Shown in pieces: positions 56,448 through 64,000 of a stretch of 64,000 bases of DNA; the stretch's first letter is position 1; each line of letters starts with the position of its first letter. Location of the stretch: IMG/VR virus record IMGVR_UViG_3300037117_000143, positions 4,447 through 68,446 of that record. One strand, written 5' to 3'. Below the pieces are notes generated by a model. The model was not told the DNA's origin, made no database searches, and was given only the letters and a program-made list of their open reading frames with translations. A program made the translations under genes and the position numbers. This stretch comes from a virus.

Positions 56448-56671
56448 GCCGCCTTGAGGAGTTCTTTGAGCACCGCCACGGCCATACCGGCTATACCGGC
56501 TATACCGGGGCCACAGGCGCGTTTGACTACGTATCCGATGGAGCTGCCCCGGCTGTTCCCGAGGGCAAGACTTTTGTGAAGGATGTTGGTGTTGTTCCCG
56601 CTAGTCAAGTTGGCCAGGTAGCGCCAAACAACCAGCCGGGCACCGGTAACCAGCCTCCCGAGCGCAAGTAG

Positions 56672-58147
56672 TCAGGTCCATGCCGCGGACGTAGGTGCCT
56701 GCTTCTTCCGCACCTTACGGCCCCAGATGTGCTGCGCCACGTAATCCGTCAGCCCACCGTGCACGATCAGCGAGACGTATTGCAGATCGTCGACTACGTG
56801 CGAGAAGCCTTCGATGTCGTCTTTGTTCGGCTTCGGCTTGAGGGCGCCGTCCCGCGTTTTTTTGAACCGGTAGCCGCCTGCCATTGCTCTGCAGAGGAGA
56901 GGGCAACCCGTGCGTGATATAATGAGAGACGGGCCTCCGTTAGTCTGTCTGGCCAATAGGGCTTCGACGGCCATAATCCGTTTTTCAATGTCATTTGTTG
57001 GAGCTGGGAAAGCTGCGAGGCCGAGTCTTTTAAGAGCATCAAACATACTTTCCTCAGAGACGCTGCTTTTAGATATGCCCGATGGATCGCCGATAAGGAC
57101 GACGCGGTAGCCGGTGAATTGGTTGACGAGCGTGGGGACGAGTCTTTCTTTGACATGTTTATCCAGGCCTATGTTGGTGGCGCCGACTTCCTTATGCACA
57201 AGAAGACGCCCCATGTGATCCATTTGACATACAAGGGACCAAGGGTTGCGCCCAAAGTCTTGGCCAACGAGGAGAGGATATCCCGGGATAGGTAGCGTGT
57301 CGTCCACAATGTGAAAATTAGGCCGAAAGCTTTCCTTGAATACGGCCGCGCCACTGGGGTCATCGCCGTATTCTGATTTGACGTAGCGCTTGACCCAGTC
57401 GTGGTCGATTCCCCAGAACGCAACAGGTCGCTCATAGTATTTCCTCCCCTGCGCCTCGCGCGCCGGATGGCCCACCGGCAACTTCACCGACTCTTCCGTC
57501 TGTTCCAGGAACGACAGATTTTCTGCTTCTGGAGAGAGCCCGGAGGGTTGATGAAACAATTGCCAGTCGGGCGGCAAGTTCGTCATAAAAGTATGCCAGG
57601 GGGTCATTTCCGTCGGCGAGTTGGTGTCCGCGATTATTCCACTCCACGTCGGAGTGCCACGCGCCCCCGCCGGATATCTTCCCAAACGCCCAGTGACAGG
57701 CGTAACAACATCCAAGTTCATCTCGATACATTCTGATAGCCACGCTCCCGTCAACTGCATCGATAAGAGTCTCGCTTGATCCGTTGCATCCTCCAGGGGA
57801 ATGAAGAACCACTCGCTTCGGACGTCTTCGAAGTTCAGGTGGAACACGCTCTCGCTTACTTTCCATTTGCCTAGTCCCGGGGTTGCTAAGATGGTTTCGC
57901 AGTCCTTGACGACAGTGTCCTTGAGCTGCTTCAGCGTCTGCCGCACGACCGCGTGTCTGGTGTAGCGTAGGCCGTCCGGCGCCTTCGCCTGCGCCCGCGA
58001 CTTCATGAACAGGTCCAGGATGCAGCCGGTAGTCTTCCCTGAGCCCACAGGGCCCATCAAGATGCGGCCAAACGACTTGGAGTCCATGAACCGCCCGATA
58101 GTCGGTGCGGAGCGCCTTAGATTATAGTCTATGACTATGTCTGCCAT
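56672..58147 (-). CDS. terL: Terminase large subunit
   Basis: GPVGSGKTT, VVRQT..QL..T, LLSMQLTGAWLSE, ADTN.P, GQDFG, GDPSG, SHVVDDLQY. Confidence 0.93.
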   Translation of the reverse strand: MADIVIDYNLRRSAPTIGRFMDSKSFGRILMGPVGSGKTTGCILDLFMKSRAQAKAPDGLRYTRHAVVRQTLKQLKDTVVKDCETILATPGLGKWKVSESVFHLNFEDVRSEWFFIPLEDATDQARLLSMQLTGAWLSECIEMNLDVVTPVTGRLGRYPAGARGTPTWSGIIADTNSPTEMTPWHTFMTNLPPDWQLFHQPSGLSPEAENLSFLEQTEESVKLPVGHPAREAQGRKYYERPVAFWGIDHDWVKRYVKSEYGDDPSGAAVFKESFRPNFHIVDDTLPIPGYPLLVGQDFGRNPWSLVCQMDHMGRLLVHKEVGATNIGLDKHVKERLVPTLVNQFTGYRVVLIGDPSGISKSSVSEESMFDALKRLGLAAFPAPTNDIEKRIMAVEALLARQTNGGPSLIISRTGCPLLCRAMAGGYRFKKTRDGALKPKPNKDDIEGFSHVVDDLQYVSLIVHGGLTDYVAQHIWGRKVRKKQAPTSAAWT

Positions 58148-58737
58148 GCTAGGTGTTTCCAGTTTACACCAGAGCGAATCTTGTTGACCGTGCTTTTCTT
58201 TACACCAAACAATTTGCCGGTAGCCATTGCTGTTATTGCGCCCCTACAAGCTAAAATTTGTTTGGCTTGGTCTTCTGTAAGTTTTGCACCACCACCCTTT
58301 TCTCCTACTGCATGGCGGTTTTTCTTCATTTGGTCCGCTATGTTTTCAGCTGCTGTGCCCGGAAACAGGTGGTCCGGCCGAACGCATAAAGTAGTATCAC
58401 AGGTGTGGCACGCATAGATACCCCGGGGCACGCGCCCGATTTGGAGAGCCAGCGATATCCGTGGGGCCGACGCACGGCGGCTGCTCCCATGAAACTTAAA
58501 GCGACCATATCCGTTTTCTGCGTGCGGCTGCCACAGCCAGCATGCGCCCGGGTTCCAGTCTATTTTGACCCGAGTCCAAAAGGCCGCTTCTGTTGTTGCG
58601 CTAATGTCTGAAAGACACAGTTCTTTTTCTAGCGTTTTTCCCACGTTACCCACTCTCTGGCCGCTTGCGTTTTGATTTTTCCCTCTAAATAAACTTCCCA
58701 GCGGGCCGTGGTGCCCCACTGCGGATGGTTGAACCAA
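58135..58737 (-). CDS. HNH homing endonuclease with C-terminal HTH (start uncertain)
   Basis: FW..V, CWLW, GYG.F, ACHTCD...CVRPDHLF.GT..EN..D...K.R. Confidence 0.85.
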   Translation of the reverse strand: MVQPSAVGHHGPLGSLFRGKNQNASGQRVGNVGKTLEKELCLSDISATTEAAFWTRVKIDWNPGACWLWQPHAENGYGRFKFHGSSRRASAPRISLALQIGRVPRGIYACHTCDTTLCVRPDHLFPGTAAENIADQMKKNRHAVGEKGGGAKLTEDQAKQILACRGAITAMATGKLFGVKKSTVNKIRSGVNWKHLAWQT

Positions 58738-59756
58738 AGCGCTTGGGAGGGTGTTGTGGGTGGTGCACGCAGCTTAAGCGCCGCATATTCATCCCAGCCT
58801 TTTAGCGCGTTATTTACTGTTACTCCCGGAAGCCACAAAAGTTGGTGCCAGTGGCATAAAACTAATTCGTCGAAGTCCAGGCCGATTTTATGAGTTTGCT
58901 GACCAAGCTTGATGCTACCTCTGACGACGGGCCCGATTGCCGCAATAATTCCATCGCCACCTTTAACTCCAAGATTATCGCCATGTGAAAGCATATATTT
59001 GGTGCCGAAGCTCTGATAGTGAACGTCGGCGGCCTCGGGGGCATCAATGTGGATGAACTTGTTTTGCCGCGAACCAAACATCCCTTTACTGAAATGGCGG
59101 ATCACGTTGCAGTAGAGAGCGTAGTCATAGTTAAAATCGGTGATGCCCTTGAAGGGTGGCTTGCGAGTAGTACGCCCGTGATTACCAACACAACAGGGGA
59201 CGTACACCTTGCCGAACTTGCTCGCCATGTGTTCGAGCCCCGTGCAGAGGATGTCGGTCATGAACTCGACCGACCGGAGTGGCGTCATATCGTTGGAACG
59301 GGCGAGTTCCTCGTGGATATCCCCCCCAATCATGTCGCCGCCTAAATTGACAATGATGCCGGGGTACTCGGTTTTGGCTTGCCCCATATGCTCGTAACAG
59401 AGATCCACGGTCGTATCGAATAACCGTAAAAACCTCTTTTTACAGACATCTTTGTTGAACCTGTTGACGTTATTAACGCCCTTGGGTTGGACCACCTCGC
59501 CCGCGTGCGAGTCTGACCACACTGTTATCGGGCAGCCGCGTGAGCCGATCTTGCCGCCCTTTCCGGAAATCCAATCTGGCGGCGTCGGATCGTACTTGGC
59601 GATGTCAAAATACATCTGCCGCACTTCGTCGGCGGTGTCGCCTACAACCTGCAGATCAGCTATTTGCCGCTTGTAGTCCCTGATCTCAGATATTTGCTTG
59701 CGGATGATCTCGTTTGCGTCTTGCACTTTCTCGGCGTCTGTCTTCAATTTGACCAT
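58629..59756 (-). CDS. Calcineurin-like metallophosphoesterase
   Basis: SDSHAGE, GGDMI, VGNHGR, SHGD, CHWH; N-terminal coiled coil. Confidence 0.85.
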   Translation of the reverse strand: MVKLKTDAEKVQDANEIIRKQISEIRDYKRQIADLQVVGDTADEVRQMYFDIAKYDPTPPDWISGKGGKIGSRGCPITVWSDSHAGEVVQPKGVNNVNRFNKDVCKKRFLRLFDTTVDLCYEHMGQAKTEYPGIIVNLGGDMIGGDIHEELARSNDMTPLRSVEFMTDILCTGLEHMASKFGKVYVPCCVGNHGRTTRKPPFKGITDFNYDYALYCNVIRHFSKGMFGSRQNKFIHIDAPEAADVHYQSFGTKYMLSHGDNLGVKGGDGIIAAIGPVVRGSIKLGQQTHKIGLDFDELVLCHWHQLLWLPGVTVNNALKGWDEYAALKLRAPPTTPSQALWFNHPQWGTTARWEVYLEGKIKTQAAREWVTWEKR

Positions 59757-60012
59757 AGCAATATCTTTCTTGACTGATGATGCCTTTTGGAGAATCTCGA
59801 TGTCGCCTGTGTTTTCTCAACCCGAGAGGAGATTTATCGTATCCCCTCATCCTTGCTAGTCCCAGCGGGCTCGTGTTGTACCGGGACTGAGTTTTTTTCC
59901 CTAGCACTGAGATCTGGTATCGAGATTGGCGCTGTTTCCTGAGCAACCGGTACTGCTTCAATTGTTTTTGTAATTGTTTGTTGGTCGGATCCAGTAGTAA
60001 TATTGATAACAT
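59686..60012 (-). CDS. Basic ORF overlapping the TerS 3' end (endonuclease N-terminal repeat-like remnant)
   Basis: Repeated RY..SP.G units; fills the 59757-59833 gap. Confidence 0.3.
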   Translation of the reverse strand: MLSILLLDPTNKQLQKQLKQYRLLRKQRQSRYQISVLGKKTQSRYNTSPLGLARMRGYDKSPLGLRKHRRHRDSPKGIISQERYCYGQIEDRRRESARRKRDHPQANI

Positions 60013-60457
60013 ATCTTTCACCCGCAGCCGGGCCTTCTTTGACTTCGCCGGCACCGGCGAGCTTGGCGAAGAGCTTCGCTGCTTCGACGACTTGGTTGAG
60101 CTGCTCTTTGTCATCTGTCATCCGTAGGGCGAGGTGAGGCAGGCTGTCTTCTAGCGCTGCTGCGGCCTCAATGGCAATCCTCTTGTTGGTTGATAGCGCA
60201 CTTTCCCACTCCATCACAAACGTTTCGTATGCCCGCTTGTAGAGAGGGTTAACGGCGACGAACGTCTCGAATTGGCCTTTGGTGATGCCGGCGGAGCGCA
60301 GGACGATCGCTTCGCTGCGGATATCCATCGCCTTCTCGCGGGCGAGCGCGGCGATCTGGTTTGCCGTAAGGTTCGGATGCACAGGCTTGCTTGACAAATC
60401 GTGGCTTTCGTAAACCTCGACGTCCTCGAACCCCGTCTCTACTAGCGGAATGGTCAT
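59834..60457 (-). CDS. Terminase small subunit (putative)
   Basis: LARE.AMD, helical body, C-terminal GERYVINI; heads the terminase operon. Confidence 0.65.
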   Translation of the reverse strand: MTIPLVETGFEDVEVYESHDLSSKPVHPNLTANQIAALAREKAMDIRSEAIVLRSAGITKGQFETFVAVNPLYKRAYETFVMEWESALSTNKRIAIEAAAALEDSLPHLALRMTDDKEQLNQVVEAAKLFAKLAGAGEVKEGPAAGERYVINITTGSDQQTITKTIEAVPVAQETAPISIPDLSAREKNSVPVQHEPAGTSKDEGIR

Positions 60458-60501
60458 TTCGTTGGAATATCATAGGATTGCCTCATCTGCAAGGCAAACC
60501 T

Positions 60502-60533
60502 TTATGAAATCGTTAAGGAACGCCCGATAACCT
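60502..60533 (+). promoter_or_regulatory. CtrA-box-like promoter upstream of the portal
   Basis: TTAT-gaaatcg-TTAA-N11-TAACCT. Confidence 0.55.
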
Positions 60534-60560
60534 GCACCCAGCACTGCGCAGGAATTTTCA

Positions 60561-62867
60561 ATGTCGGACATGGCGCTTGGTCAGGCGGGGACACTTTCAG
60601 TCACGCCCGAGGCAGAACTACAGAAGCAGGACGCTGCCGCTGCCAACAGCGCGATGCCGCCACCCTCACAAGATCCACAGCAACTTGTTGGCTATATCAA
60701 GGGCCAATTTGACATTATGCGCAACCACCGGAACACGGCTTCCGGGTGGACGGAAGATCTCCTTGTCTGCCTACGGACGTTCAACGGGCAGTACGACGCC
60801 AGCAAGCTAAACGAAATCAGGAAGTTTGGGGGATCCGAGGTTTACGCGCGCATCACTGCGCAGAAAGTCCGCGCGGCCGCGTCGCTCCTTCGGGACATCT
60901 ATCTCGGCCAAGACATTCCGTGGGCAGTCCGCCCATCGACGAACCCGACCGTTCCACAGGAAATTCTGCAGGCGATCGATCAGCTGATGCAGGCAGAGAG
61001 CCAGCAAATTCAGCAGACGAGCGGTAAAGCTCCGCAGGCTACCGACGTGCAGAAGCGCAAGACTGCGTTGCTCGAGTCTGCGAACGATGCCGCTAAAAAG
61101 AAGGCCGTGCAGCAAGCGCGGGATAGCGGCGATAAAATAGAAGATATTCTGCGCGAGGGCGGCTTTTATACAGCGCTGTCCGCGTTCGTGGCCACGTTGC
61201 CAATTTTTCCGTTTTCGTGCATTTGTGGTCCCGAAGTTAAGGTTATCCCGACTGTAACGTGGCCGGCTGGTGGCGGCCAGCCTACAGTTGTTCAGACGCC
61301 CAAGCTTACCTGGCGTTGGGTAAACCCGTTCGATGTATGGTGGACGCCGGGCGTAGCGGATATAGCTAATGGTGACATCATTGAAAAACAGAGAATCACC
61401 CGCGCCGAGCTCAACGACGCACTAGACCTCCCTGGTTACAACCAGGAAGAAGTACGTGCTGTCTTGGACGAATACGGACGGGGCGGCCTATACGATAACT
61501 GGGACACTCCCGATGCCGAGAGGGCTGTTCTTGAGCGTCGGGAAAATCCTGCGTGGAACCGGAGTTCCATGCTCTCAATGATGGCTTTCACTGGCCACGT
61601 TCAGGGGCGGCTGTTGCAGGATTACGGGCTTGCGGTGCCCGACGCGCTCCGCGATTATTTCGTGCAGGTGTGGAGCATTGGCTCGCACGTCATCAAGGCG
61701 CAGATGTCGCCGAGCCCGCGCCAGCGCCACAACTACTACATTACCAGTTTCGAGAAGGCTCCTGGCTCCGTTCTTGGTCACAGCCTGACGGAGCTCATCG
61801 CTGACATTCAGGAGGTCGCAAATGCTACCCTACGTGCTCTGGTTAACAATCTTTCAATCGCTTCTGGACCCCAAGTTGTGGTCAATGACGACCGACTATC
61901 CCCGGATGAAACCGGAGAGGATATGTTCCCATGGAAGCGATGGCATGTACGGAACGACCCAGTATCCAACAACAACCAAGAGCCGATCACCTTCTTCATG
62001 CCGACGTCGAACTCCCAGCAATTGATCCAGGTGTTTCAGGCGTTCCAAGGATTTGCCGACGACATTTCAGCCATTCCCAAATATATTGGCGGCGATACGG
62101 GCGGTGGCGGTGCTGGGCGGACGGCGTCCGGCCTCGCGATGCTGATGGGGAACGCATCGAAGATACTTCAGACTGTGAGTGCCAACATCGATCGTGACGT
62201 GATGGAGCCGCTACTGCTCAACCTCACCGACATGATCATGTTGACCGATACGACCGGCCTACTCACCGGTGAGGAGAAGATTTCCGTACAGGGCGTGCAG
62301 GTTGCCGTCCAGCGTGAGACGCAGCGGCAACGCCAGATAGAGTATCTCCGCGAAACGCAAAATCCAACGGATTTGGGTATCATGGGGATTGCAGGCCGCG
62401 GTAAAGTGTTACGCGCTATCTCCCAAGACATAGGGTTGGCCGGCGAGGAAATCGTTCCGTCGGACGAAGATCTAGAGAAGAAACAGCAAGCGCAGGAGGC
62501 CCAACAGCAGGCCGGCACCGGTGCGATCGAAGCGATGGTCCAGAAAGGTGTGCAGCAGGGCGTTATGGCCGGCGTGCAGAAGATCACGTCTGAGCTCACT
62601 GCTGGCATCCTTGCGGCGAAATCAGGAATGTCGGAAATAGGTGGCGGCGGCACCGAACCAGTTGTACCGGGAGGACCCGCTACACAAGGACTACCTCCCC
62701 AACAAGCAGCGGCGGCTTCGCACATGCCCGGGCCTCCGGGATCACCGGGTAACCAACCGCCAAAAGGTGGGGCGGTAGGCGGAGGTATTGCGCCACAAAG
62801 CGCGACTGTGGTAGGGAGCACGCCAGGCCCCAATGCCCGGCACCAGATCAGTCCCGGCCCCGGATAG
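60561..62867 (+). CDS. Portal protein
   Basis: 768 aa; GSEVYARIT..K.RAA, VNPFD.WW.P, NNLSIASGPQVVVN, RTASGLAMLMGNASK, NID. Confidence 0.9.
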   Translation: MSDMALGQAGTLSVTPEAELQKQDAAAANSAMPPPSQDPQQLVGYIKGQFDIMRNHRNTASGWTEDLLVCLRTFNGQYDASKLNEIRKFGGSEVYARITAQKVRAAASLLRDIYLGQDIPWAVRPSTNPTVPQEILQAIDQLMQAESQQIQQTSGKAPQATDVQKRKTALLESANDAAKKKAVQQARDSGDKIEDILREGGFYTALSAFVATLPIFPFSCICGPEVKVIPTVTWPAGGGQPTVVQTPKLTWRWVNPFDVWWTPGVADIANGDIIEKQRITRAELNDALDLPGYNQEEVRAVLDEYGRGGLYDNWDTPDAERAVLERRENPAWNRSSMLSMMAFTGHVQGRLLQDYGLAVPDALRDYFVQVWSIGSHVIKAQMSPSPRQRHNYYITSFEKAPGSVLGHSLTELIADIQEVANATLRALVNNLSIASGPQVVVNDDRLSPDETGEDMFPWKRWHVRNDPVSNNNQEPITFFMPTSNSQQLIQVFQAFQGFADDISAIPKYIGGDTGGGGAGRTASGLAMLMGNASKILQTVSANIDRDVMEPLLLNLTDMIMLTDTTGLLTGEEKISVQGVQVAVQRETQRQRQIEYLRETQNPTDLGIMGIAGRGKVLRAISQDIGLAGEEIVPSDEDLEKKQQAQEAQQQAGTGAIEAMVQKGVQQGVMAGVQKITSELTAGILAAKSGMSEIGGGGTEPVVPGGPATQGLPPQQAAAASHMPGPPGSPGNQPPKGGAVGGGIAPQSATVVGSTPGPNARHQISPGPG

Positions 62868-62873
62868 TCCATA

Positions 62874-63380
62874 ATGCCTAAGGGTATACCTCAGCCCGGC
62901 CGCACTAATAAGGAGCGTACCGACGCGGCGCACGCTGCTAAATACCGCTATAGGCATTCAGCAGCAGGCCGAGCAAAGGAGCGCGCCTACAAAACTAATT
63001 ACGGTAGGTCAGACCGAGGAAGAGCGGTTGTGGCCGCGAATCGTCGATCTAAACGAGGTCGCCCGGGATCTTGGGTTGTAGAGATAATTCAGGGTATTCG
63101 CCAGCGGAGCAAGGAATACGGATACCCCTGCACTATTACAGGGCAAGATATTCTTGGGGTTATTCCTTCAGATTATAAATGTCCTGTTCTTGGCCTCCCG
63201 CTAATTTTTGGTGGAAAACAATCTTCAAATAGCCCGTCTGTAGACTGTATCGACCCCCGCCTTCGTTACGTTAAAGGCAATATTCGGGTGATTTCCATGA
63301 GAGCAAATCTACTCAAGTCCGACGTGACCGACGCCGAGGAGCTGCAGAAAGTCGTCGACGACCTCCGAAGGCAGTACTGA
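62874..63380 (+). CDS. HNH-like homing endonuclease
   Basis: CPVLG.PL, SPSVD.IDP...YVKGNIRVISMRAN..K. Confidence 0.82.
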   Translation: MPKGIPQPGRTNKERTDAAHAAKYRYRHSAAGRAKERAYKTNYGRSDRGRAVVAANRRSKRGRPGSWVVEIIQGIRQRSKEYGYPCTITGQDILGVIPSDYKCPVLGLPLIFGGKQSSNSPSVDCIDPRLRYVKGNIRVISMRANLLKSDVTDAEELQKVVDDLRRQY

Positions 63381-63418
63381 TACGTTATGTCGGGAACAAT
63401 CTAGGAACATTGGCAAAA

Positions 63419-64000
63419 ATGATATATCATTTTGTGTCCGGTTTGCCCCGCTCTGGCAGCACCCTCCTTGCGGCCATCCTCCGCCAGAACCCACGTTTCC
63501 ACGCGGGCATCATCAGCCCGATGGGCCCGATGCTTTCCGCCATGCGCGCCAGTATGAGTCCGCAGCAGGAGACGCACGGCATGTGGACGGGTGACCAACA
63601 GACGTCTGTTCTGCGCAAGGTGTTCGACAACTACTATGAGGTTGACGCCACTGATCCGCGGGACGTGATCTTCGACACCAACCGCCGCTGGTGTGCCGAT
63701 TCGTCCGTTATAGCGCACTTATATCCTGCAAGTCGTATCATCTGTTGCGTGCGTGATCCCGTGGACGTGGTGAACAGCTTCGAACACTTGATCCGGAAAA
63801 ACCCGATTGCCGGCGCGGTCATTTGCAACAACCAGAATACGACAGTTTTCCAGCGCGTGCCGATCATCATGGCCGCCGATGGCGTTGTCGGGTACGCCCT
63901 GCAGGCGCTCCGCGATGCTCTGGCTGGTCCAGAGCGGGAGCGGTTGCTCGTTATTGAATATGCAGATCTTGCTTCCAAGCCGGCCGACGTAATGGCGTGG
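63419..64000 (+). CDS. Sulfotransferase (runs off the window end; absent from ORF track)
   Basis: MIYHFVSGLPRSGSTLLAAILRQNP (5'-PSB loop), FDTNRRW, IICCVRDP...VNSFE (3'-PB); SD AGGA. Confidence 0.88.
   Translation, partial: MIYHFVSGLPRSGSTLLAAILRQNPRFHAGIISPMGPMLSAMRASMSPQQETHGMWTGDQQTSVLRKVFDNYYEVDATDPRDVIFDTNRRWCADSSVIAHLYPASRIICCVRDPVDVVNSFEHLIRKNPIAGAVICNNQNTTVFQRVPIIMAADGVVGYALQALRDALAGPERERLLVIEYADLASKPADVMAW

Overview
Near-complete genome, read as a circular permutation, of a tailed dsDNA phage with podovirus-like architecture. The host is probably an alphaproteobacterium. Plus strand, 60.5-64 kb and 0-31 kb: portal, sulfotransferase, a tightly coupled glycosyltransferase / nucleotide-sugar / methyltransferase cluster, scaffold, major capsid protein, adaptor and tail proteins, Gly-X-Thr collagen-like fibres, lysis cassette and internal virion proteins. 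Minus strand, 31-51 kb: primase-helicase (DUF927-type), SSB-like protein, SNF2 helicase, VRR-NUC, exonuclease, dNTP diphosphohydrolase, split PolA, Mom-like protein, Gp88-like protein, DUF932 and small early genes. An approximately 800 bp non-coding control region lies at 51.3-52.1 kb, followed by an APS kinase-nucleotidyltransferase fusion, structured RNA candidates, a CtrA-like regulator and the terminase genes (minus strand). About a dozen free-standing homing-endonuclease-like genes are scattered throughout. No integrase, CRISPR array, rRNA or canonical tRNA was seen. Top candidates for undescribed biology: (1) a phage-encoded, receiver-less CtrA-like DNA-binding protein together with seven TTAA-N7-TTAA-like promoters, five of them heading structural-gene blocks; (2) a virion glycosylation/methylation/sulfation pathway with a putative minimal PAPS synthase and Thr-rich collagen acceptors; (3) a four-copy covarying RNA hairpin that joins stop codon to RBS at early-gene boundaries. 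All family assignments come from motif recognition by eye and were not checked by database search.
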